Below, one piece after another: positions 1 through 7,263 of a stretch of 33,073 bases of DNA. How positions within the stretch are numbered: the stretch's first letter is position 1; each line of letters opens with the position of its first letter. This DNA is from Bdellovibrio sp. (GTDB lineage Bacteria > Bdellovibrionota > Bdellovibrionia > Bdellovibrionales > Bdellovibrionaceae): NCBI GenBank assembly GCA_046318155.1, contig JBKCUU010000117.1, forward strand, positions 1 to 33,073. The letters run 5' to 3'. Below the pieces are notes generated by a model. That model worked only from the letters and a program-made list of their open reading frames with translations. It was not told the origin of the DNA and did no database searches. The position numbers and the translations under genes are program-made.

Positions 1-42
1 CCCCAGGACCATGGCAAAAGAAAAGATCAAAGTCCCCGCACC

Positions 43-131
43 GGTAGAAATGTCGCTGCTACACAGTGTGACCCCGCCGCGCCACAAAGTGGCGCGGCGC
101 TTTCACACTTTGTAGCAGCTACATTTCTACC
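43..131. repeat. 89-nt imperfect inverted repeat (REPIN-like doublet of GTAG-type REP units)
   Basis: Paired blocks: GGTAGAAATGT/ACATTTCTACC (11 bp), GCTGCTACA/TGTAGCAGC (9), AGTGTGA/TCACACT (7), CGCCGCGCCAC/GTGGCGCGGCG (11), with loop AAA. Each end reads GTAG-AAA-TGT(A/C)GC-T-GCTACA. The hairpin is directly visible; the REP identity is inference. Confidence 0.7.
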
Positions 132-540
132 TTTTCCGCAGGGTTTGGTAGGCGGCTTCGATGAAGTCGCGGCTTAGTGCCGAGGATCTTCCGAGTTCGC
201 GGCGGTACGCTTCGTCCACCATCGCGCCTCTTGCTCCCGCAGGCAGCCCCAGAACTTCGTACGCATCGAAATTGTGACCGTTGTAATTGAACATGACGTT
301 TAGAATTTTTTCTTTCGGGAGGCCCGCTGCGGGATCCAGCTTTTGTGCCTCGATCGCTTCTTTGCTCAAAGTCACCGGGCCTTTGCTCGAAATTTGCGCT
401 TTTGCAGACGCCGCCGTGGGCCCGCCGACGCGCAAATTAAGCTTGGACGGCTGCTTGTGTCCTTGCCGGATCGAAAAGAGGGCGAGGAAAAACAATCCTA
501 GCCCGATGCTGTAATATAAAAAATCTTGGCTCGAAAACAC
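127..540 (-). CDS. Membrane-anchored protein with C-terminal J-domain-like module lacking HPD
   Basis: N-terminal hydrophobic helix FLYYSIGLGLFFLALFSI; C-terminus DAYEVLGL...EAYRR...FIEAAYQTL matches the J-domain helix pattern. Start placed at the in-frame GTG at 540 because the track start (618) overlaps the divergent mrp gene. Confidence 0.7.
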   Translation of the reverse strand: MFSSQDFLYYSIGLGLFFLALFSIRQGHKQPSKLNLRVGGPTAASAKAQISSKGPVTLSKEAIEAQKLDPAAGLPKEKILNVMFNYNGHNFDAYEVLGLPAGARGAMVDEAYRRELGRSSALSRDFIEAAYQTLRKR

Positions 541-584
541 TCTTCGATTATCCAAGGTGCTCACCAGAACCTCAAGGGGAAACA

Positions 585-1397
585 ATGTCAAGCCCACAAC
601 AAACACCGCCGAATCCATTCGATCAGCAAAGAGCTATTCCCGGAGTGAGACACATTATTGCTGTATCGGCAGGTAAAGGCGGCGTCGGCAAATCAACCGT
701 CGCCACCAATTTGGCTCTTGCTCTCTCAAAAAAATACAAAGTCGGCTTGCTTGATGCCGACATCTATGGCCCCTCGATCCCGCGCATGCTCGGTGCCATC
801 GGGCAAAAACCCAATATCATCGAAAACAATCGCATTGAACCGCTGGTTCGCTACGGAATGAAACTGATGAGCATTGGTTTTTTGATCGAAGAAGGTGCTG
901 CCGTTGTTTGGCGTGGGCCCATGCTTTTTAAAGCGATGGACCAATTCTTGCGCGACGTGAGTTGGGGTGAGCTTGACTACCTCTTGATCGACCTTCCTCC
1001 TGGCACCGGTGACATCCAACTTTCGCTCGCGCAAAAAGTCCCACTGATGGGAGCCATTGCGATTTCAACACCGCAGAATATCGCGCTCATCGATGTCAAA
1101 AAAGCCATCGATATGTGGAAGCGTACAGGAGTCAAGATGCTCGGCGTGATCGAAAATATGTCGTACATGCTGGCCCCTGGTTCGGGCGAACGCATTCAGC
1201 TTTTTCCAAAAGGTGAAATCGATGGCTACTTAGATGCCAATCAGCTCAAAAAATTGGGCGAGATTCCATTTAATCCCAACGTCAGCTTAGCCTCCGAAGC
1301 TGGCATTCCCATTGTCGAAAGCAATCCCAATGGCGCAGAATCGAAAGTCTTTTTCGCCATCGCCGAGAAGATCGCCTCCATGGCAACTTTTCCTTGA
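585..1397 (+). CDS. mrp: Mrp/NBP35/ApbC family P-loop ATPase
   Basis: Deviant Walker A GKGGVGKST, DADIYGPS, WRGPM, IDLPPGTGD and ENMS motifs; GGGA RBS-like sequence upstream. Confidence 0.96.
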   Translation: MSSPQQTPPNPFDQQRAIPGVRHIIAVSAGKGGVGKSTVATNLALALSKKYKVGLLDADIYGPSIPRMLGAIGQKPNIIENNRIEPLVRYGMKLMSIGFLIEEGAAVVWRGPMLFKAMDQFLRDVSWGELDYLLIDLPPGTGDIQLSLAQKVPLMGAIAISTPQNIALIDVKKAIDMWKRTGVKMLGVIENMSYMLAPGSGERIQLFPKGEIDGYLDANQLKKLGEIPFNPNVSLASEAGIPIVESNPNGAESKVFFAIAEKIASMATFP

Positions 1398-1600
1398 TGA
1401 CAACTTGCTTGATCAATCCGAAGTTTCAAAGCACGCGGCAGACTATTTCTGAGTTCTCATCCAAGCTTCGATCAAACGGGCCGCTTCTTTTTGCTCGGCG
1501 GCCGAATCAAATCCTTGAGGTGGCCAAGACTGGATCACACCGTCAGAAGGTCGGGCTTCCGCTATGAATCAACTCATTTCATTTATCTTTGGCTATACTT

Positions 1601-1608
1601 GCCGATAA
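1601..1608 (+). promoter_or_regulatory. Candidate sigma28 (FliA) -10 element
   Basis: Exact GCCGATAA ending 10 nt before the ATG at 1619; the -35 match is poor (TTTA instead of TAAA). Confidence 0.35.
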
Positions 1609-1618
1609 GATCAGGGCT

Positions 1619-1735
1619 ATGGAAAACACCCCAAAAGGAAGCAAAGCCCGGTATGGCCCCACCGGCTTTAAAGGCTTTATGATGATCTGGCTGTTCTTCA
1701 CGATTCTTTTGTTCGTGGCCTATAATTGGCGTTAA
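1619..1735 (+). CDS. Small (38 aa) single-pass membrane protein, absent from the ORF track
   Basis: Hand translation MENTPKGSKARYGPTGFKGFMMIWLFFTILLFVAYNWR*: basic N-terminus then one hydrophobic helix. It fills an otherwise empty gap and is followed by a GC hairpin. Confidence 0.55.
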   Translation: MENTPKGSKARYGPTGFKGFMMIWLFFTILLFVAYNWR

Positions 1736-1753
1736 ATTCAAGAGGCTAGAAGC

Positions 1754-1778
1754 CGGGCCTGGACTTTCATTAGGCCCG
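1754..1778 (+). terminator. GC-rich hairpin, possible weak terminator
   Basis: CGGGCCT...AGGCCCG stem followed by CACTTTCTGCTT, a poor U-tract. Confidence 0.3.
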
Positions 1779-1788
1779 CACTTTCTGC

Positions 1789-1842
1789 TTGATTTACATA
1801 TAAATTACACCTACAAATGTCTATGTAATTTATATGTAAATC
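1789..1842 (+). promoter_or_regulatory. imuA promoter/operator: perfect 19-bp inverted repeat overlapping a sigma70-like promoter (candidate LexA/SOS operator)
   Basis: GATTTACATATAAATTACA (1791-1809) and TGTAATTTATATGTAAATC (1824-1842) are exact reverse complements with a 14-bp spacer. TTGATT (1789-1794)-N17-TACAAA (1812-1817) overlaps them, and the RBS GAGG follows directly. Confidence 0.75.
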
Positions 1843-1851
1843 GAGGTGCCT

Positions 1852-2694
1852 ATGTTTGCCTTAAAAAATATCATCCCCTCCCTCATGACCGGCGAGCAGT
1901 TGCTGCTGAAACATCAAGAAGCGCCGCCCGGATTGCGCACTGGTTATTCGCCTTTGGATCAAAGACTATCGGCAGGGGGCATTCCCCGCGGTGGCCTGTC
2001 GCTTTGGGTCAGTCCTTTGGGCTACGGCGCCACCTCGCTTTGGCTTCAAACCGCCCGCCCCCTTCATGGTGATCAAAAGTGGAGCGCCTGGATCTCAAGC
2101 CAGACCACCTTGTTTGCCCCCGCGGTTTGGAATAAAGGCGTGGATCTCAAGTCGCTTTACCTCGTGCGCGCGCCCAACGACATCAAAGAGTGGACGGCGG
2201 TTCTAAAAGACTGCCTGATGTCGGATGCGTTCACACTGATTGGCTGCGAAGTGCCATCGCTGGCGCCTTATCAAAAGGTGCTCAAACAACTGCGCCGCTT
2301 GGCTGAAAACGCCAATGTCAGCTTTGTCTTTCTTTCCAATGATGTGAACGACCTCAAACGGACCGAACACTTTGAATTTGTCATGCAGATCCAAACAACT
2401 GCACTCAAGGTTTTAAAATGCAAAGGCCGCCCCTCCTTCACGGTGCCCTGGAGCCAGTACGAAGCCATTTTAAAAACTCAGTACGACTCGATTTTGGGGA
2501 GCCACTATGACGCGAATTTTCTGCCTCAACTTCAACCCCAATCACGAGGGCGGACGTCAGACACGGGTGTCGAGACATTGGGCCGAGGCGTTTCTTCCGT
2601 TTACACCTCTGCTACATTTTCGCGAACCCGGGATGCTCTGGGGCGACGTGAGCAAAACGACATGGCTCTTCAAAAACTCCAAAAACCTGCTTGA
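1852..2694 (+). CDS. imuA: ImuA (RecA-like, degenerate Walker A)
   Basis: TGYSPLD..L.AGGIPRG RecA-like N-terminal motif, degenerate P-loop GYGATSL, position upstream of imuB-dnaE2; GAGGTG RBS before ATG 1852. Confidence 0.85.
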   Translation: MFALKNIIPSLMTGEQLLLKHQEAPPGLRTGYSPLDQRLSAGGIPRGGLSLWVSPLGYGATSLWLQTARPLHGDQKWSAWISSQTTLFAPAVWNKGVDLKSLYLVRAPNDIKEWTAVLKDCLMSDAFTLIGCEVPSLAPYQKVLKQLRRLAENANVSFVFLSNDVNDLKRTEHFEFVMQIQTTALKVLKCKGRPSFTVPWSQYEAILKTQYDSILGSHYDANFLPQLQPQSRGRTSDTGVETLGRGVSSVYTSATFSRTRDALGRREQNDMALQKLQKPA

Positions 2695-3859
2695 GCAGAT
2701 TCACAAAACCGCCATCAGCTTGGGGGCCAAGGATATTTCGCTGGCGCTTGCCGATACGGCCGCCGGCGCGCAGGCGCTGACCAAGCATTTTGATTTTTTT
2801 ATTTCAGAGCCTGGTCGTCAAAGCGAATCGCTGGCCGCGCTGCCTTTGCACTGCTTGCGTGATCTTGAGGGCCTTAACAATTGGGACGATGTTCATCAGG
2901 TCGAACAGATCAGCGAATTTTTGCAAAACTTGGGGCTGCAAACGCTGCAAGATTTGCAACAACTTCCGCCCGACTCTTGGGAGCTGCGCTGGGGGACGCT
3001 GGGCCATCATCTTCGGCAAAAGTTGGCCGGCACCGAGACCCATACCTGGACCCCGCTGGTTCCCACCGACACGCTGACGGCGTATCAATTTTTTGAACAC
3101 CCTTGCCAGGACCAAGCCACACTTTTGCACTTTATCGAACAATCACTGACAGAGCTTTTTATTCGGCTCGAGGGGCGTTCGCAGCGGCTTGAAGTTTTAA
3201 AACTGATGCTCACGTGCGAGTACTCCAACCACAAAATGCCTTTACAAATCGCACCGACGATCAAGTTTCGTGACTTGTCTTTGATTCTTAAAATCTTGCG
3301 CGAGCGTCTGGACAAAATTTCGCTCGAGAATCCCATCAAAGAGTGGGAGCTCGAAATTTTGCCCGCCTTTCAGGCGCACCAGCAACTTGATTTTTGGGAG
3401 CCTCAGGTCAAAGAACTCGACAATTTGCTTCGCTTACAAAGCGTCCTGCATGACCGCAAAGTGCAGAGTGGTTTTTTGCGACTGCGCGATGAGCCCGTTC
3501 CTGAGCGCGGCTTTTCGCTTGAGCACGAGTCCTTTTTTTCACCCCTTCCCACAACCGACTTTGTTTTTATCAACGATTCGCACCGGCTCATGCCCGTTCA
3601 GTCTGAGCATCTGCAAGCAGCCCCTCGCCCCACTCGCTTGCTTGAACCGCCCAAGCCCATCAGTCATGACGAGTTTCAGTCTTTAAAACTTTTGCATCCA
3701 CATCCGCTCGAGCGCCTGGATTTGCCTTGGCAGAATATCGCCCGCGACTACTGGCTCGCGCTCAACTCACAAAAGCAACTGCTTTGGATTTTTCGAGATT
3801 TGCACTGGAGCTCTCAAGGCGATCAGGCCCGTTATTTTTTGCAAGGGTACTTTGATTGA
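2507..3859 (+). CDS. imuB: ImuB, Y-family polymerase-like protein (presumably inactive)
   Basis: Motifs FTP, ALADT, LAALPL..L, LGLQTL.DL, and C-terminal PERGF / RPTRLLEPP / RDYW / WIFRD / FLQGYFD typical of ImuB. GGGAG RBS; stop overlaps the dnaE2 start. Confidence 0.9.
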   Translation: MTRIFCLNFNPNHEGGRQTRVSRHWAEAFLPFTPLLHFREPGMLWGDVSKTTWLFKNSKNLLEQIHKTAISLGAKDISLALADTAAGAQALTKHFDFFISEPGRQSESLAALPLHCLRDLEGLNNWDDVHQVEQISEFLQNLGLQTLQDLQQLPPDSWELRWGTLGHHLRQKLAGTETHTWTPLVPTDTLTAYQFFEHPCQDQATLLHFIEQSLTELFIRLEGRSQRLEVLKLMLTCEYSNHKMPLQIAPTIKFRDLSLILKILRERLDKISLENPIKEWELEILPAFQAHQQLDFWEPQVKELDNLLRLQSVLHDRKVQSGFLRLRDEPVPERGFSLEHESFFSPLPTTDFVFINDSHRLMPVQSEHLQAAPRPTRLLEPPKPISHDEFQSLKLLHPHPLERLDLPWQNIARDYWLALNSQKQLLWIFRDLHWSSQGDQARYFLQGYFD

Positions 3860-6800
3860 AACAAGAACTGGGCGCCACCTCCAAAATTGATTTTGTTGAA
3901 CTGCTGACGCGCAGTCACTTTTCATTTTTGCAAGGCAGCTCCTCACCTGACGAAATGATTGAACAGGCCCAGCGCCATGATTACTTAGGTCTTGGGCTTT
4001 GCGATGTGAACGGGCTTTACGGCGTCGCGCGCGGTTACCGCTTCACGAAAATGGCAACTGTCTTTGATAAAAAAGATTTTGCCTCTCGTCCCGACTTTCG
4101 CTACCACGTCGGGGCCGAGATGACTGTGCCCGAAGGCTCGGTCGTTTTACTCCCGATGAACCTGCGCGGCTATAGCAACTTGTGCCAGCTGATCACGCAA
4201 AGCAAACGCGCGGCCGAGAAGGCCTACTCGTGTTTGCAAGATGAGCATGTGTTTTTTCATCACGAAGACCTCATCGCCTGTGTCTTGCCGCCGTGGAATG
4301 AAGCCCGGCTACAGCGCTACCAAACTGTTTTTGGCGACCGTCTCTACTTGCCTTTGCACCGAGACCTGACCTGGGAGTCTCGGATCTCTCAGGCCCAAGC
4401 TTTTTACTTCGAGCAAAAAGGCTATGCGCTGTTTGCGACGCAAAGACCCTACTTTCACAAACGCGCGCGAAAAAAACTGCACGACGTGATGACCTGCCTC
4501 TACCACCAGAAGACCAAATCGCAAGCCGGGCACTTGGTCCTCAGCAATTCGGAGCGCTGCCTTCACTCACTTGATGAACTCAAATCCTTGTGGCGAGACC
4601 GGCCCGATCTTTTGCAAGCAACAAAAGCCATCAGCGACCGCCTCTCTTTTAGCATGAGCGAAATCCGCTACCGTTACCCACAAAGCGATCTTCCCAAAGG
4701 AATGACGCCAAGCGATTTCTTGCGCCAGCTTTGCGATGACGGTTGCCGTTCGCGCTTTCCAAATGGGGTCCCAGAGAAAGTTCGCCTCTTGATCGAAAAA
4801 GAACTCCGCATTATTCGAGACCTGAATTACGAAGATTATTTTTTAACCCTTTGGGAAATTTGCGGCTTCGCCAAAAGCCGAGGAATTTTGCACCAAGGCC
4901 GAGGCTCTGCCGCCAACTCGGTCGTTTGTTATTTACTGGGTTTGACTGCGATTAGTCCCACGGAAATCGAAGTTCTTTTTGAGCGGTTCATCTCGAGAGA
5001 ACGCAGCGAACCTCCCGACATTGATGTCGACTATGAGCATGAGCGCCGCGAAGAAGTCATTCAGCACATCTATCAAAAATACGGCAACGAACGCGCGGGT
5101 ATGGTTTGCAATGTGATTTGCTTTCGCGCACGCATGGCTTTGCGAGAAGTCTGCAAAGTTTACGAGATCTCTGAGGCCGCCATCGGCGAAATGGTGCGCG
5201 TGATGGGACGCGAGGGCCTGAGCCGGATCCAAAACACTCCGCAACTTTTTGCCAAGCTCGGCATCAGCCAAGACACCTTTTTAGAAGTGGTCGACCTGGT
5301 GTCGCAGCTGCGGGGAACGCCCCGGCACTTAGGGATTCACTCGGGCGGCTTTGTCATTTCGCAGGACAACCTCACTCACGTGGTGCCCATCGAAAAAGCC
5401 ACGATGCAAGGCCGCTTTGTTGTGCAGTGGAACAAAGATGATGTCGAAGCCTTGGGTCTGATGAAGCTGGATCTTCTTTCGCTGGGCATGCTCACCGCCA
5501 TTCGCAAATGTCTCGACCTTTTAAGAACCGAAAAACAAATCGACTGGCGCCTTGATCAGATTCCCCCCAATGATGGACCCACCTACGACATGATTTGCCG
5601 GGCCGAGACCGTGGGCGTTTTTCAGATCGAGTCCCGCGCGCAGATGTCGCTGCTTCCGCGTATGAAGCCCCGCAATTATTATGATTTAGTGATTGAAGTC
5701 GCCATTGTCAGACCGGGCCCCATTCAGGGCGGGATGATTCATCCTTTTTTAAAAAGGCGCGAAAAGCTCGAAACCGTGACCTACGCCCATCCCAAACTCG
5801 AAAAAGTTTTGCGGCGCACGCTGGGGATTCCACTCTTTCAAGAGCAAATCATGCAAATCGTGGTCGAGGCCGCAGACTTCTCTGCTGGTGAAGCCGACCA
5901 AATGCGCAGGATCATGTCCAATGCTTGGCGCAGGCAAGCACAGATGGATGGCGTGCGCGAAAAGCTCACACGTGGGATGCGCAAAAACGGAATCAAAGAT
6001 GACTACATCGAATCGATTTATAAAACTATCGAAGGCTTTTCAGCTTACGGCTTTCCTGAAAGTCATGCGGCTAGCTTTGCGTTGCTGACGTACGTGAGTT
6101 GCTATTTAAAGTGCCACTATCCGGATGCGTTTGTCTGCGCCCTGCTGAACTCTCAACCCATGGGTTTTTACGGTCCACGAGCTTTGATCAATGAGGCTCA
6201 GCGAAACGGCGTGAAGTTTAAAAATCCCAGCGTCCAGTATTCGCAGCTCGAGTCTTTTTTGGAAAAAGACCCCCATGATCCCTCGCCCAAAAGACAAAGC
6301 GTGCGTCTGGGCCTTTCGACAATTCAAGGTTTGCCCTCTTCTGTTTTTGAAACGATCGTTAGGGCCAGGCCGCCCCAAGGCCTCTATCAAGACATCAGTG
6401 ATTTTATTCGGCGCACCCAGCTGTCGGCAGCCATGGTGAGCAAGCTCGCCCTGACCGGCGCACTCGCCGATCTTGGACTGAGTCCTCGCGAAGCCTTATG
6501 GAAAATCCCGACCCTGCAGTTTGATCAAGACAGCTTATTTTTTGCCCGTGAGAAATCAACGCCAGAAGGCAACTGGTCACCCCCGCCCGCCAGCGAGTGG
6601 GAGGAGCTCATGCGTGAGTACAAAACCACGGGCTACTCGGTGGACCGCCACCCTTTGCTGCTCATGCGGCCGCATCTCAAGCGGCTCAATGCCGAATACA
6701 AAAAGCGAGGCTACGGCCTCCCGTTTGTTGCCTCTGATGAACTCAAAAATTTAAATGATCGAAGCACGGTTCGTTTCGCAGGACTTTTGAGTGTTCAGCA

Positions 6801-7074
6801 AAAGCCACCGACCGCAAAGGGTGTTTCTTTTTTAACCCTCGAAGATGAATTCGGTTTTTTTAATGTCGTGCTCATGCCCAAAGTTTATGAGCAGTCGCGC
6901 TTGATGATTCGCACTCACCCGCTGATAGAAATCGTTGGACGGCTCGAAAAAGTGCAAGGCGTCTATCATGTGATCGCCACTCAAGTGCGCCCGGCTCCTG
7001 CGCTGCCCGAGGCCGAAAATCCCGATCAGCAAAGCCCCGATTACAAACATCTCAAGCCCCGGTTTTTTCAATAA
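3856..7074 (+). CDS. dnaE2: Error-prone DNA polymerase III alpha subunit DnaE2 (ImuC)
   Basis: PHP domain SHFSFLQGSS, GRGSAANS, catalytic PPDIDVD, GVFQIESRAQ, YGFPESHAASFALL, LLNSQPMGFY, and C-terminal OB fold QKPPTAKGVSFLTLEDE. Confidence 0.98.
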   Translation: MKQELGATSKIDFVELLTRSHFSFLQGSSSPDEMIEQAQRHDYLGLGLCDVNGLYGVARGYRFTKMATVFDKKDFASRPDFRYHVGAEMTVPEGSVVLLPMNLRGYSNLCQLITQSKRAAEKAYSCLQDEHVFFHHEDLIACVLPPWNEARLQRYQTVFGDRLYLPLHRDLTWESRISQAQAFYFEQKGYALFATQRPYFHKRARKKLHDVMTCLYHQKTKSQAGHLVLSNSERCLHSLDELKSLWRDRPDLLQATKAISDRLSFSMSEIRYRYPQSDLPKGMTPSDFLRQLCDDGCRSRFPNGVPEKVRLLIEKELRIIRDLNYEDYFLTLWEICGFAKSRGILHQGRGSAANSVVCYLLGLTAISPTEIEVLFERFISRERSEPPDIDVDYEHERREEVIQHIYQKYGNERAGMVCNVICFRARMALREVCKVYEISEAAIGEMVRVMGREGLSRIQNTPQLFAKLGISQDTFLEVVDLVSQLRGTPRHLGIHSGGFVISQDNLTHVVPIEKATMQGRFVVQWNKDDVEALGLMKLDLLSLGMLTAIRKCLDLLRTEKQIDWRLDQIPPNDGPTYDMICRAETVGVFQIESRAQMSLLPRMKPRNYYDLVIEVAIVRPGPIQGGMIHPFLKRREKLETVTYAHPKLEKVLRRTLGIPLFQEQIMQIVVEAADFSAGEADQMRRIMSNAWRRQAQMDGVREKLTRGMRKNGIKDDYIESIYKTIEGFSAYGFPESHAASFALLTYVSCYLKCHYPDAFVCALLNSQPMGFYGPRALINEAQRNGVKFKNPSVQYSQLESFLEKDPHDPSPKRQSVRLGLSTIQGLPSSVFETIVRARPPQGLYQDISDFIRRTQLSAAMVSKLALTGALADLGLSPREALWKIPTLQFDQDSLFFAREKSTPEGNWSPPPASEWEELMREYKTTGYSVDRHPLLLMRPHLKRLNAEYKKRGYGLPFVASDELKNLNDRSTVRFAGLLSVQQKPPTAKGVSFLTLEDEFGFFNVVLMPKVYEQSRLMIRTHPLIEIVGRLEKVQGVYHVIATQVRPAPALPEAENPDQQSPDYKHLKPRFFQ

Positions 7075-7148
7075 AGAAATTTGAAGTTTTATCGGTAACT
7101 CGGAGCGGCCGCTCCCGTTCCCGGATCAGTCGTTGGGACAGACCTAAG

Positions 7149-7239
7149 AATAAAAAAGGGCTCCCAAGGGACTTTCTATTACCCACATCTTTTAACAAGG
7201 TGTGGGTAATAGAAAGCCCAAGGGAAGCTCTTTTTTATT
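7149..7239. terminator. Bidirectional intrinsic terminator between dnaE2 and the L,D-transpeptidase gene, extended by an internal insertion
   Basis: A6 tract, GC stem and T6 tract (AATAAAAAAGGGCT...AGCTCTTTTTTATT) between convergent genes. Confidence 0.85.
7163..7225. mobile_element. 45-bp MITE-like palindromic element (7172-7216) flanked by a 9-bp direct repeat
   Basis: CCCAAGGGA at 7163-7171 and 7217-7225 flanks perfect 16-bp inverted termini CTTTCTATTACCCACA / TGTGGGTAATAGAAAG. Mobility is inferred. Confidence 0.6.
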
Positions 7240-7263
7240 GCGTCCAATTTGAACTCTCAAAAA

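Noticed and set aside
11..114. 34-aa plus-strand ORF MAKEKIKVPAPVEMSLL... running through the hairpin
   Set aside because: Mostly made of the inverted repeat, the SD spacing is too short, and upstream context is cut off by the window edge.
541..618. N-terminal extension of the 127..618 ORF
   Set aside because: Overlaps the start of the divergent mrp gene; the GTG at 540 gives a cleaner TM-first protein.
1397..1682. Short ORFs after mrp (56-aa TGATG-coupled ORF, track ORF 1491..1682, and a minus-strand fragment ending AARLIEAWMRTQK)
   Set aside because: No recognisable motif or convincing RBS, and they conflict with one another. The minus-strand fragment looks protein-like but cannot be supported.
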